NCBI GenBank assembly: GCA_964544225.1
Contig: CAZIZK010000002.1
Coordinates: 69,452 to 133,451, forward strand
Reading direction: 5' to 3'
DNA from: an uncultured Candidatus Saccharibacteria bacterium
GTDB lineage: Bacteria; Patescibacteriota; Minisyncoccia; Phycocordibacterales; UBA9973
Length of the DNA stretch: 64,000 nucleotides
How positions within the stretch are numbered: the first letter of the stretch is position 1; each line of letters begins with the position of its first letter. Shown one piece after another: positions 9,156 to 18,745 of the stretch. The notes under the pieces are model-generated. The model saw only the letters and a program-made list of their open reading frames with translations. It was not told where the DNA came from and searched no databases. The position numbers and the translations under genes were made by a program.

Positions 9156-10898
9156 ATGATATTATCAAACGAGTTAAAGAAAATAATAAAGGGTGATGTA
9201 GACGACACTATCGATACGCGTACCAAATATTCACGCGACGCGAGCCTACTCGAGGTAATGCCCGAGGTGGTAGTGTATCCGAAGGACTCGGCCGATGTAT
9301 GTGCAATAGTAAAGTGGGTTAGTGAGAATAAAGATACATATTCCAAATTATCTATCACAGCGCGCTCTGCTGGAACATGTATGTCTGGTGGCGCTATCGG
9401 TGAGTCTATTATCATGGACTTTACTCGTTATATGAATGTTATCGAAGGTGTAAATAAAGTCACACCATTTAATATCGTTCCGAAATACCCAAACGCTCAC
9501 GAGGTAGAAGTGGCAGGCCAGGCGACTGTAATGCCAGGGTGCTATTATCGTGACTTTGAAAAGGTAACATTGGAGAATGGTTTGATATTACCTTGCTACA
9601 CCGCTTCCAAGAGTATCAATGCTGTCGGTGGTATGGTGGGCAACAACTCTGCTGGGGAGAAGACTTTGCAATACGGCAAGACCGAGGATTATATAAAGGA
9701 ATTGAGTGTAGTATTTGCTGATGGGTATGAATATGTTGTAAAGCCACTCAATAAAAAAGAGTTGTATGCAAAAATAGCGCAGACCGACTTTGAGGGCAAA
9801 GTCTACAAAGATATATTCAATATGATAAAGGACAATGCCATGACACTGAAAAATGCAAAGCCAAATGTTAGCAAGAACTCTGCCGGCTACTATCTATGGA
9901 ATGTATGGGATGAAGAAAAAGAAATATTTGACCTAACAAAATTAATCGTAGGTTCACAGGGGACACTCGGTATAGTTACAAAGATCACTTTCCACCTGAC
10001 AGCGGTAAAGCCTGCTTCAAAGTTGGTGGTATTGTTCATGAAAGATCTGAGCAAGCTCGGTGATGTGGTAGATACAATACTCCCATACAAGCCCGAGAGT
10101 ATCGAGAGTTACGATGATGCTACTATGAAGCTCGCTATAAAGTTCTTCCCAGACTTTTTCAAGAAGAAGGGCGCATGGGGGATGATAAAGTTCATGTGGA
10201 GCTTCTGGCCAGAAGTATTTATGATGCTAGCAGGTGGTATGCCAAAGTTGATAATCCTTGTCGAGTTTGCAGGCGACAGTGAGGCTGTGATAGATAAACA
10301 GGCAAAAGATTTTGCCAAAGATATAAAGAAGTTTGGCTTTCCAACACGTGTTACTGCAAGTAAATCTGAAAGTGAAAAGTATTGGGATATTCGCCGGGAG
10401 AGCTTCGCCCTTCTTCGCAAACATGTGAAGGACAAGCATACAGCACCGTTTATCGACGACATTATCGTGGCTCCACACTTACTTCCACAATTCCTGCCAG
10501 AGTTAAATAAAATATTGAAGGATTACCCGATCACTTATACTATTGCCGGCCATGCTGGTAATGGGAACTTCCATATCATACCGCTTATGGACTTCTCTGA
10601 CCCTAAAACAGCCGAGATCATTATCGAATTGTCTGCAAAGGTTTATGACCTAGTGATAAAATACAAAGGCTCCACAACAGCCGAGCACAATGATGGTATC
10701 ATCCGCACAGCATTCCTGAACCAAATGTATGGTGACAATGTTACAAAGCTTTTTGCAGATACAAAGAATCTATTTGACCCAAAGGTAATACTGAACCCAG
10801 GCAAGAAGGTGGCATTGGGCGATGGAGGCCCAGGAACTGTTGAATATATTCGTTCACATATAATAAAAGAATCCCACGACCATAGTCATAAAGTGTAA
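9156..10898 (+). CDS. FAD-linked oxidase, D-lactate dehydrogenase (Dld)-like
   Basis: N-terminal PCMH-type FAD-binding region. 580 aa length and the C-terminal ..AEHNDG..NPGK resemble quinone-dependent Dld. Confidence 0.55.
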   Translation: MILSNELKKIIKGDVDDTIDTRTKYSRDASLLEVMPEVVVYPKDSADVCAIVKWVSENKDTYSKLSITARSAGTCMSGGAIGESIIMDFTRYMNVIEGVNKVTPFNIVPKYPNAHEVEVAGQATVMPGCYYRDFEKVTLENGLILPCYTASKSINAVGGMVGNNSAGEKTLQYGKTEDYIKELSVVFADGYEYVVKPLNKKELYAKIAQTDFEGKVYKDIFNMIKDNAMTLKNAKPNVSKNSAGYYLWNVWDEEKEIFDLTKLIVGSQGTLGIVTKITFHLTAVKPASKLVVLFMKDLSKLGDVVDTILPYKPESIESYDDATMKLAIKFFPDFFKKKGAWGMIKFMWSFWPEVFMMLAGGMPKLIILVEFAGDSEAVIDKQAKDFAKDIKKFGFPTRVTASKSESEKYWDIRRESFALLRKHVKDKHTAPFIDDIIVAPHLLPQFLPELNKILKDYPITYTIAGHAGNGNFHIIPLMDFSDPKTAEIIIELSAKVYDLVIKYKGSTTAEHNDGIIRTAFLNQMYGDNVTKLFADTKNLFDPKVILNPGKKVALGDGGPGTVEYIRSHIIKESHDHSHKV

Positions 10899-10902
10899 TA
10901 AA

Positions 10903-10937
10903 AAAATCCTTCATACATAGTACGAAGGATTTTTATA
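10903..10937. terminator. Bidirectional terminator (atccttc..gaaggatttttat)
   Basis: Hairpin flanked by A-run and T-run between convergent genes. Confidence 0.6.
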
Positions 10938-10951
10938 ATTGTTTGAGAAAA

Positions 10952-11707
10952 TTACTTTCTTTTAATACTACCAGATCCTGACATATCAATATCAGAAACT
11001 AGAGTATTCTTTGGAAGTATTAAACTTCCACTGCCAGTGATTTCTACCTCATCTATGCTTGCGCATTTGTTGATAGATACATCGGCTGAGCCAGTAATTT
11101 CAATCTTGTTAGCATGCTTACAGCTATCAATTGATACCGAAGCGGAACCTGTTACCTCAAGTTGCATTAAGTTTGTAACTAAAGCAACAGTAACATCGGA
11201 ACTTCCTGTAATTTCCAAATTTAAATTTGTTACTTTGTTGTTGATAGTTACATCATACAACGAAGTTATTTTTAAATCTGAATTATCAGGCATGGTAATT
11301 GCAAAAGTTGTTATTGGTGTAGAGTTATTAGGTATAACCTGACCATTTACAATGATTACATTTTTACCTGATACTTTTTTGCCATCGATTGTAATTGTAT
11401 TGGTATTACCAGTATTGATTATTGTTCCATCAATATTAGTATTACCACCGATTATAACCGAACCGTTAGAGCCACCTACAACATTTACGCCTGTATTTAC
11501 TCCTTTGAGTGTATACATCTGCGATAAAGAGTCATAGGTTAGGGTAACATTGTATTTTTTCAAGGTGTCTTTGTTTGGTAAACTGAGAGCACCTTTATTT
11601 ATTACAATGTTTCCAGGAAGATTTTTTAAGGTCAATTTCTGACCATAAACGCAATTGCTACTGATGCACAGTGCAAGTAAGATAAGGTAATTAATGTAAT
11701 TTTTCAT
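10952..11707 (-). CDS. Secreted repeat protein, putative adhesin-like beta-helix (DUF2807/DUF4097-like)
   Basis: Signal peptide present. Repeated E(I/V)TGS(A/S)DV(S/T) units with a period near 20 aa. Confidence 0.45.
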   Translation of the reverse strand: MKNYINYLILLALCISSNCVYGQKLTLKNLPGNIVINKGALSLPNKDTLKKYNVTLTYDSLSQMYTLKGVNTGVNVVGGSNGSVIIGGNTNIDGTIINTGNTNTITIDGKKVSGKNVIIVNGQVIPNNSTPITTFAITMPDNSDLKITSLYDVTINNKVTNLNLEITGSSDVTVALVTNLMQLEVTGSASVSIDSCKHANKIEITGSADVSINKCASIDEVEITGSGSLILPKNTLVSDIDMSGSGSIKRK

Positions 11708-11833
11708 TGTTTTGTCGATTTATTAGTATTATATCATATTTATACTGTTTAGTCAATATATTGCAATAAAAGCATATAATATAAGGATCAATAAAGTTTG
11801 CCTAAATGGGGGATTTATGCTAAAGTTGGACCT

Positions 11834-12460
11834 ATGAATAAATTAACCGCAACAAAGCGAAGTAAGGCTGAAAAGCTTGCAACTGTACGAAATAACGGTA
11901 TGGTGCCGGCTGTAGTCTATGGCGCTCACGTGGAGAATACTATACTCTCTGTGCCGAGCGTTGATTTTATAAAGGTTTTTAGAGTCGCAGGAGAGTCAAG
12001 TACAATACAGCTTGCCATTGATGGCATAAATGTAGATGTACTTATACACGATGTACAATTGGACCCATTAAAGGGCTTCCCATTGCATGTAGACTTCCTA
12101 GCTGTTGATATGAACAAGCCTGTCCAAGTTGCAATACCACTTGAGTTCACTGGTGTAGCACCTGCTGAAAAGGCTGGTTTGGGAGTATTGGTAAAGGTAT
12201 TACACGAAGTAGAAGTAAGTGCTCTTCCAAAAGATTTGCCACATGCTATATCAGTAGACCTAGCTACTCTTGCAACATTAGAAGACCAGATACACGTATC
12301 TAACATTGTACTTCCAAAGGGAGTAGAAATGATTACAGATACTGAAGAAGTAGTAGCTCTTGTGGCTGCTGCCAAGGAAGAAGTAGAGTCAGCTCCTGTT
12401 GACCTTTCATCTATTGAAGTAGAGAAGAAGGGTAAGAAGGAGGAAGAAGCTGCTGAATAA
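11834..12460 (+). CDS. rplY: 50S ribosomal protein L25/general stress protein Ctc
   Basis: MNKLTATKRSK..PAVVYG is an L25 N-terminus with an acidic C-terminal extension. Start taken at the conserved MNKL (ORF caller start 11798). Confidence 0.8.
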   Translation: MNKLTATKRSKAEKLATVRNNGMVPAVVYGAHVENTILSVPSVDFIKVFRVAGESSTIQLAIDGINVDVLIHDVQLDPLKGFPLHVDFLAVDMNKPVQVAIPLEFTGVAPAEKAGLGVLVKVLHEVEVSALPKDLPHAISVDLATLATLEDQIHVSNIVLPKGVEMITDTEEVVALVAAAKEEVESAPVDLSSIEVEKKGKKEEEAAE

Positions 12461-12485
12461 AAATAAAACACAGATTTCTTAATTG

Positions 12486-12518
12486 AAAACCCCTAAAATA
12501 AACATTTTAGGGGTTTTC
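12486..12518 (+). terminator. Intrinsic terminator (aaaacccctaaaat..attttaggggtttt)
   Basis: Perfect 14 bp stem with U-run after rplY. Confidence 0.7.
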
Positions 12519-12537
12519 GTATGCTATAATATGTACT

Positions 12538-13890
12538 ATGAATCGAGCAATACGATATTTTATTTCTGTTACTCTAATATTTTCCTTTTTTATTTCTGTT
12601 ATTCCTGTCCACGCCGACCAATTACAAAACGCCCAAGCTGACAAAGCTCGCTTGGAGTCTGAATTGGCAAGTCTAGAGGCTGAGATAGCCCAGAAGCAAA
12701 AAGAACTAGAAGGGCAAAAGGGTCAGTCCGTGTCACTTTCGCGTGATATTACAATACTTACTACTCAGATCAACAAAGCAAAGCTCGATATAAAAGCTCG
12801 TAACCTTACTATTACAAAGCTTGGTGGAGAGATCACCCAGAAGAATACAGCTATCCGATCACTAACCGAGAAGATCGAGATGGAGAAAGAATCATTAGCC
12901 CAGCTTTTGCGTAAAAGTAGGGAGATAGACGATATGTCATTGTTGGAACTAATGCTTTCAAAGAAGAGTCTGAGCGAGGCTTATGGTGATGTAGACGATT
13001 TTGCATCATTGAATAAATCTATTAAAAATTCAATAGAGACTATTTCAGGTGTTCGCAATCAGACGGAGGTACAGAAGAAGTCGCTAGAAGTAAAGAAGAA
13101 CCAAGAGATAGATACAAAAGTGGCGCTTGAAAATGCAAAGAAATTGGTAGAGACTAGTGAGGCCCAAAAGAAGCAACTTCTTTCAATAAGTAAAAACAAA
13201 GAGACTGAATATCAAAAAGTCCTAGCTGACAAAGCAAAACGTAAAAATGAAATATTGGCAATGTTGTTCGGCCTGCGTGACACGGCGGCTATCCCTTTTG
13301 GAAAGGCCCTGGAATATGCTAATTATGCATCTAGTAAGACAGGGGTCCGGCCCGCGTTTATATTGGCGATACTTACTCAGGAGAGTAACTTAGGTACTGA
13401 CCAGGGTTCATGTTATGTTACTAACTTTGAAACAGGGGCGGGGGTGAGCTCACGTAGTGGTAAAACATTTACAAATGTGATGAAGCCAACACGCGACATT
13501 GAACCATTCAAGGCTATAACTGCCTCAGTTGGCCGTGACCCGTATAAAACTCTGATATCTTGTCCTATAGGTGGATATGGTTACGGTGGGGCGATGGGTC
13601 CAGCCCAGTTCATACCATCGACCTGGAACCTTATGAAGACTCGTGTTGCCAGTGCCCTGGGCAAGACAGCCGCAGACCCTTGGAACCCACGTGACGCATT
13701 CATGGCTTCAGCTATATACCTAGGTGACTTAGGGGCAAAAGCCGGAACTTATACATCTGAAAGGACAGCAGCTTGTAGGTATTATGGTGGGGGCAAGGCT
13801 TGTACTACTATCACATCACCATATGGTAATAGTGTTATGAAGAAGGCCGACAATATCCAAAAGAACATGATCGACCCATTGCAAAATTAG
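12538..13890 (+). CDS. Secreted coiled-coil protein with C-terminal lytic transglycosylase (SLT-like) domain
   Basis: Signal peptide present. About 230 aa of coiled coil. The C-terminal region has ES (TQESNLG) and [13 protein letters not shown], matching the SLT GLMQ..T motif. Confidence 0.55.
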   Translation: MNRAIRYFISVTLIFSFFISVIPVHADQLQNAQADKARLESELASLEAEIAQKQKELEGQKGQSVSLSRDITILTTQINKAKLDIKARNLTITKLGGEITQKNTAIRSLTEKIEMEKESLAQLLRKSREIDDMSLLELMLSKKSLSEAYGDVDDFASLNKSIKNSIETISGVRNQTEVQKKSLEVKKNQEIDTKVALENAKKLVETSEAQKKQLLSISKNKETEYQKVLADKAKRKNEILAMLFGLRDTAAIPFGKALEYANYASSKTGVRPAFILAILTQESNLGTDQGSCYVTNFETGAGVSSRSGKTFTNVMKPTRDIEPFKAITASVGRDPYKTLISCPIGGYGYGGAMGPAQFIPSTWNLMKTRVASALGKTAADPWNPRDAFMASAIYLGDLGAKAGTYTSERTAACRYYGGGKACTTITSPYGNSVMKKADNIQKNMIDPLQN

Positions 13891-13916
13891 TAAACCTATG
13901 CTATTATGGCACCTAT

Positions 13917-14129
13917 ATGAAAAAGGAAATCCACCCAAAATACAATATAGCTTCAGAAGTGTCTTGCGCATGCGGAGCGTCATTTGCTGTTGGTTCTACA
14001 ATGGACAAGATCAATGTTGAAATCTGCAGTCAGTGCCACCCATTCTATACAGGTAATGAAAAGGTTCTAGACACAGCAGGACGTGTTGATCGCTTCAAGA
14101 AGCGCGCAGCTGCGAGTGCAAAGAAATAA
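13917..14129 (+). CDS. rpmE: 50S ribosomal protein L31
   Basis: MKKEIHPKY..Cx[11 protein letters not shown] matches L31 type A. Confidence 0.85.
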   Translation: MKKEIHPKYNIASEVSCACGASFAVGSTMDKINVEICSQCHPFYTGNEKVLDTAGRVDRFKKRAAASAKK

Positions 14130-14140
14130 ATATTTTACAA

Positions 14141-14170
14141 AAAGCGCTCTTTAAGAGCGTTTTTTGTTTG
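14141..14170 (+). terminator. Intrinsic terminator after rpmE
   Basis: aagcgctctttaagagcgtttttt hairpin with T-run. Confidence 0.6.
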
Positions 14171-14177
14171 GAAAATT

Positions 14178-15149
14178 ATGGAAAATATTGAAGAATTAAA
14201 AAAGAATCACAAGACGGGCTACCTCGCAACACAATACGAGCATCTTTGCCGTGAGGAAGAGAAGGTGAAAGGGATGATCAATGAGGATGAGAGTATGAGG
14301 GAACTTGCCGACGAAGAATTGCAAAATATAAAATTTCAAAAAGAGGGTATAGAGATGCAAATAGAGGAAATATTGAAGAGCGAAAAAGAGGAAGAAGAAT
14401 TTCCAAATGAAATAGTTTTGGAAGTCCGCGCAGGTGCAGGTGGTGATGAAGCGTCACTCTTTGCTTGGGAACTGGCTCGTATGTACGAGCGCTATGCCGA
14501 GACACAAGGCTGGAGCTGGAAGACTCTGGATGAATCCGAGAACAATGTAGGTGGGTACAAAGAAGCTTCTTTTGAAGTGCGTGGAAAGGATGTATATAGG
14601 GAACTACGCTACGAGACAGGTGTACACCGTGTACAGCGTATCCCCGCAACGGAAAAGAATGGCCGTATACATACATCTACTGCATCGGTAGCAGTGTTGC
14701 CAATGAAGAAGAAGGTAACTATCGAAGTAAACCCTGCCGATATCGACATGGAATACTCACGTTCAGGGGGTGCCGGTGGGCAGAATGTGAACAAGGTGGA
14801 GACAGCTGTCCGCTTAATCCACAAGCCAACAGGTATTGATGTTCGCTCTACAAGTGAGCGTACACAGCTTGGAAACAGGGAAAAGGCCATGACAATCTTG
14901 ATGTCCAAGCTTCAGATGGCAAAGGATGAAGAAGATGCAAAGAAGTATTCTGCCGACAGAAAGAACCAGATAGGAACAGGGGACAGAAGCGAGAAGATCC
15001 GCACCTACAACTTCCCCCAGGACCGTATTACCGACCACCGTATACGAACGTCTTGGTCCAATATACCAGGCATTATGCAGGGTAATATAACTAAAATAAT
15101 CGAAGCCCTATCCTCCGGCACCGTCGGCGACGCCGAAGACGAGGAATAA
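14178..15149 (+). CDS. prfA: Peptide chain release factor 1
   Basis: GGQ motif ([13 protein letters not shown]) and PAT tripeptide (RVQRIPATE), diagnostic of RF1 rather than RF2. Confidence 0.9.
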   Translation: MENIEELKKNHKTGYLATQYEHLCREEEKVKGMINEDESMRELADEELQNIKFQKEGIEMQIEEILKSEKEEEEFPNEIVLEVRAGAGGDEASLFAWELARMYERYAETQGWSWKTLDESENNVGGYKEASFEVRGKDVYRELRYETGVHRVQRIPATEKNGRIHTSTASVAVLPMKKKVTIEVNPADIDMEYSRSGGAGGQNVNKVETAVRLIHKPTGIDVRSTSERTQLGNREKAMTILMSKLQMAKDEEDAKKYSADRKNQIGTGDRSEKIRTYNFPQDRITDHRIRTSWSNIPGIMQGNITKIIEALSSGTVGDAEDEE

Positions 15150-15186
15150 AAAAATCCCCGTTTATTTTTAAACGGGGATTTTTTGC
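15150..15186. terminator. Bidirectional terminator (aatccccgttta..aaacggggatttttt)
   Basis: Perfect hairpin with flanking A-run and T-run between prfA and a convergent gene. Confidence 0.7.
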
Positions 15187-15194
15187 TTATTTTT

Positions 15195-15707
15195 TTAAGC
15201 AAGATTTTTAGTAGAATAATCTTGTTCTGAACTACACAATAAAGTTCCACACTCTGGATTTTCATCATCGCATCCAGATGGCAGGCATGAACCACATCGT
15301 CCAGCTAAAACCAGCTTGCCCTTCTTTGAATTGCAAATTTCTCCGAATTCAATCATGAAGTATTTATTAGTCTTTTTAAATAGGATTTTCAACCTTTCTT
15401 TTTCACCTTTTGTATTTCCTGCTGGATTGTGATGTAAGTAATATCCAAATGTTTTTTGACAATCACTTTGGTATCTTTTTGAAAAAAGTATATGGTGGTG
15501 CCAAACTTCATCAATCATTTTGCTGGGTGCAAATGGACCTGCATCGTGATATTTTGCATGGATAATCAAAAATCTTTTGTACCATTTAATGGCAGTCTCA
15601 GCTTCTTCTTTTGTCCATGGATTTTGATTGTCTGTTGTCTTCTTTGTAAGTTGGGTTAAAATCATATCAAGATTTAAACCATCAATCATTTGTGTGATAT
15701 TGTTCAT
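15195..15707 (-). CDS. Hypothetical Cys-rich protein with W-HHH..C..FG-YLHH motif (possibly DUF1399/GRDP-like)
   Basis: DEVWHHHILFSKRYQSDCQKTFGYYLHH core. C-terminal CGSCLPSGCDDENPECGTLLC cysteine cluster. Confidence 0.45.
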   Translation of the reverse strand: MNNITQMIDGLNLDMILTQLTKKTTDNQNPWTKEEAETAIKWYKRFLIIHAKYHDAGPFAPSKMIDEVWHHHILFSKRYQSDCQKTFGYYLHHNPAGNTKGEKERLKILFKKTNKYFMIEFGEICNSKKGKLVLAGRCGSCLPSGCDDENPECGTLLCSSEQDYSTKNLA

Positions 15708-15840
15708 GGTGTATTTAGTTTTGTTTCTATTAAAATAACATGATTTATATATATTGTAAAGGATATGTATAGGCTCACTAGCTTGGATGGAATAGGTAAA
15801 GTAATAAAAATAAATATGTAACTTGCTAGATAATGGGGTT

Positions 15841-15856
15841 TTGTGGTATATTAATC
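15841..15856 (+). promoter_or_regulatory. Extended -10 promoter (tttgtggtatattaat) about 160 nt upstream of the RRM gene
   Basis: Matches the recurring TTTGTGGTATAAT promoter motif seen elsewhere in the window. Confidence 0.4.
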
Positions 15857-16009
15857 CTCAGTAGTTTGCTTACGTTTTGGTTATTTGTTTCATTTTCGTT
15901 GTGTTAAACATTGAGAGTGTAAATGAAAATCGGCTAGCGATTACATTTATAAATTTATTTCCTTTGAATTTCAGTATGAAAGTACTGTTAGGAGAAGTAC
16001 ATTGTCATT

Positions 16010-16270
16010 ATGGCAAAGAAATTATATGTTGGTGGTCTTCCTTACAAGACAACTAACGACGAGCTAAAAGCTCACTTTGAAGCAGCTGGATCAGTTGCAT
16101 CAGCAACTATTATCATGGATAAGATGACTGGACGCTCAAAAGGCTTCGGTTTCGTAGAAATGAATGATGATGCAGATGCTGACAAGGCTATCTCAATGTT
16201 TAACGGTCAGGACTTCGATGGAAGAAACCTAACTGTAAACGAAGCTCGCCCAATGGCACCACGTGCTTAA
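16010..16270 (+). CDS. RNA-binding protein with single RRM domain
   Basis: RNP-2 LYVGGL and RNP-1 KGFGFVEM. 86 aa. Confidence 0.85.
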   Translation: MAKKLYVGGLPYKTTNDELKAHFEAAGSVASATIIMDKMTGRSKGFGFVEMNDDADADKAISMFNGQDFDGRNLTVNEARPMAPRA

Positions 16271-16282
16271 TTAGGCCTGTAT

Positions 16283-16314
16283 AAAAAGCCCTGGGGTAAC
16301 CCGGGGCTTTTTGT
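16283..16314 (+). terminator. Intrinsic terminator after the RRM gene
   Basis: aaagccctggggtaaccccggggctttttg hairpin with T-run. Confidence 0.6.
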
Positions 16315-16479
16315 TTGCAAAATAGGGTTATTTTTGCTATATTTTAGGTGCTCATATATAGATGAATGGGTCGTTATTTTTATTTACAAATAGGAATCTG
16401 AAGTATGAGCGTATAGTTGTTGGTAGGACTATGAGTAACCAATAATTGGCACATTTATAAAAGTAAGGTTTAAATCGAT

Positions 16480-16551
16480 GCGCGTATAGTTCAGTGGTAG
16501 AACGCTGTCCTGATAAGACAGAGGCCCTTGGTTCGATTCCAAGTACGCGCA
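16480..16551 (+). tRNA. tRNA-Ile (anticodon GAT)
   Basis: Manual cloverleaf: acceptor GCGCGTA/TACGCGC, D-stem GTTC/GAAC, anticodon stem CTGTC/GACAG with loop CTGATAA, T-arm CTTGG-TTCGATT-CCAAG, discriminator A. CCA is not encoded. Confidence 0.9.
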
Positions 16552-16679
16552 CAAAGTGTTAAAACACTTTGTGCGAGACGGAGCGCGACGGCGCGAGTCA
16601 GGGTCGTGCAAATTTTCACCAGAAAATTATGTATGACCACAAAGTGTTAAAACCACAAAGGTTAAAAACACAAAAATGT

Positions 16680-16925
16680 ATGGAAGAAAACAATACAAAA
16701 AGTAAATCAAAGTGGCTTGTTGGTATAGTTTTATTTACCAAAGTATCTATTTGGATTGTAGGTCCTATACTAGTTGCTTTGTTTGTAGGTAAATACATGG
16801 ATGCTAAATACGGTACAGAACCATGGATGTTTATAGGTGCGATGGTTATTGCATTTATTACATCAATGATAGCCATAACAAAAGTTGCTTTTAAATATAT
16901 TAAAAAAGTTGATATAAAAAAATAA
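16680..16925 (+). CDS. Small membrane protein upstream of atpB (AtpZ/AtpI-like)
   Basis: MEENNTKSKSKWLVGIVLF.. has two TM helices and sits at the head of the atp operon. The ORF caller's start at 16569 runs through a GC-rich non-coding stretch. Confidence 0.45.
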   Translation: MEENNTKSKSKWLVGIVLFTKVSIWIVGPILVALFVGKYMDAKYGTEPWMFIGAMVIAFITSMIAITKVAFKYIKKVDIKK

Positions 16926-16926
16926 T

Positions 16927-17883
16927 ATGTCACAAACAGAAATTACAACAGAAGATACTCACGTAAACAATACAGCTATTGTTGTGGATGGTATAGAGCA
17001 TGCAACTTCAACTGAAAGTCATTCTTCTGAGCTTGTACCACACGAGGCAGGGCTGTATGCAGAAGAGATAGGTCATATTGGTAATTTTCCTATAACCAAT
17101 GCTTTATTTACTGGCTGGTTGTCTGTTGGTGTGATATTGATATTGGCTATTATAATTCGCCTAAAAATAAAAGAAGTTCCAAAAGGTATACAGAATTTCT
17201 TTGAATATGTTGTAGATGGTGCAATGTCGCTGGCTGACCAGGTAACAGGTGACAGAAAGATAACCGAAAAAGCTTTTCCATTTATATTTCCTATATTCAT
17301 GTTTGTTTTGATCAATAACTGGTTCGGTATTATGCCACTAGGAGGATTCGGAATTATCCATGTAACAGAACATGGTAATGCATTTATACCACTGATACGT
17401 AGTGCTACTGCCGATATCAATGGTACAGTCGCACTAGCCATATTCTCAGTTATAGGAGCCAACATATTTGGAGCAATATTTATCGGTATATGGAAAATGT
17501 TCAATAAATATGTTAATCTAAAGGCGCTCGGTGGTGTTGTAACAAAGGTCAGGAAAGACCCAATGGTTCTCCTAACAGCACCGATCATGGTATTCGTAAG
17601 TGCATTGGAAATAGTGGGTGAGATAGCAAAGGTTGCCTCACTTTCATTCCGTTTATTTGGTAACGTATTTGCAGGTGAAGTATTGCTTGCATCTATGGCA
17701 GCACTAATGTCATATATATTACCAACACCATTCCTAATATTGGAAGTATTCGTAGGAATAATCCAAGCATTTATATTTGCTATACTTACACTGGTGTATT
17801 ACACAATCGCAGCACAGGACCATGATCATGATGAGGAGCACGAACACAAACCCCATCATGAGGCAGAGGTAAGTGCAGTGTAG
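16927..17883 (+). CDS. atpB: F0F1 ATP synthase subunit a
   Basis: Conserved LSFRLFGNVFAGE arginine motif. Has an N-terminal extension and a His-rich C-terminal tail (HDHDEEHEHKPHHEAE). Confidence 0.85.
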   Translation: MSQTEITTEDTHVNNTAIVVDGIEHATSTESHSSELVPHEAGLYAEEIGHIGNFPITNALFTGWLSVGVILILAIIIRLKIKEVPKGIQNFFEYVVDGAMSLADQVTGDRKITEKAFPFIFPIFMFVLINNWFGIMPLGGFGIIHVTEHGNAFIPLIRSATADINGTVALAIFSVIGANIFGAIFIGIWKMFNKYVNLKALGGVVTKVRKDPMVLLTAPIMVFVSALEIVGEIAKVASLSFRLFGNVFAGEVLLASMAALMSYILPTPFLILEVFVGIIQAFIFAILTLVYYTIAAQDHDHDEEHEHKPHHEAEVSAV

Positions 17884-17919
17884 TTTTATTTAGAGGTCAA
17901 AACATTATTAGTTTAATAA

Positions 17920-18153
<234 letters not shown>

Positions 18154-18247
18154 TTCGCTATTTGTAACTGGCCACTTTACTCTATCAAGCTGGCTGGTGA
18201 CAAGGAGCGAATGAAGATTCACTTTTATAATTTAATTTTTTACACAA

Positions 18248-18739
18248 ATGGACTCATTTATTGACGCATTTCATATAGATTGGAAGATAATCATAGCTCA
18301 GGCTGTGAACTTTGTTGTTGTATTGATAGTACTGCACTTTATCCTTATCAAACCATTGAAGAAGGTAATGGCAGAACGTTCAAAGAAGATCGAGCAGGGT
18401 ATTGAAGATGCAAAGTGTAATGCCGAGGCAATAAAGGCTACAAAAGAAGAATATACAAAGATAATAGCCGAGGCAAAATCTGAGGCACACAAGATTTTCC
18501 AAGAAGGTAAAATTGAAGCTGAAACAAAAAAATCCGAGATGCTAGCTCAAGCGTCTTTAGATGTAGAAGCAATGGTATTAAACGGCAAGAAGCAGTTAGA
18601 ACGTGAAAAATTGACAATGGTAGATGACGCAAGGCGCGAAATAGTGTCACTAGTAGTAGCTGCAACTGAGAAATTGCTAGGTGATGAGGCTGATAGCAAG
18701 CTCGATGCAAAGTTAACAAAGCGTATAAGCAAGATGTAA
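18248..18739 (+). CDS. atpF: F0F1 ATP synthase subunit b
   Basis: Single N-terminal TM followed by a long charged helix. Operon position supports the call. Confidence 0.75.
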   Translation: MDSFIDAFHIDWKIIIAQAVNFVVVLIVLHFILIKPLKKVMAERSKKIEQGIEDAKCNAEAIKATKEEYTKIIAEAKSEAHKIFQEGKIEAETKKSEMLAQASLDVEAMVLNGKKQLEREKLTMVDDARREIVSLVVAATEKLLGDEADSKLDAKLTKRISKM

Positions 18740-18745
18740 TTATTT

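Noticed and set aside
16352-16611. ORFs 16352..16552(-) and 16429..16611(-) from the six-frame track
   Set aside because: They overlap the tRNA-Ile gene and its flanking hairpin, so they are spurious antisense ORFs.
16569-16679. N-terminal extension of the ORF caller's 16569..16925 ORF
   Set aside because: It translates the GC-rich non-coding stretch and the tandem repeats. The conserved membrane protein begins at ATG 16680 (MEENNTKS).
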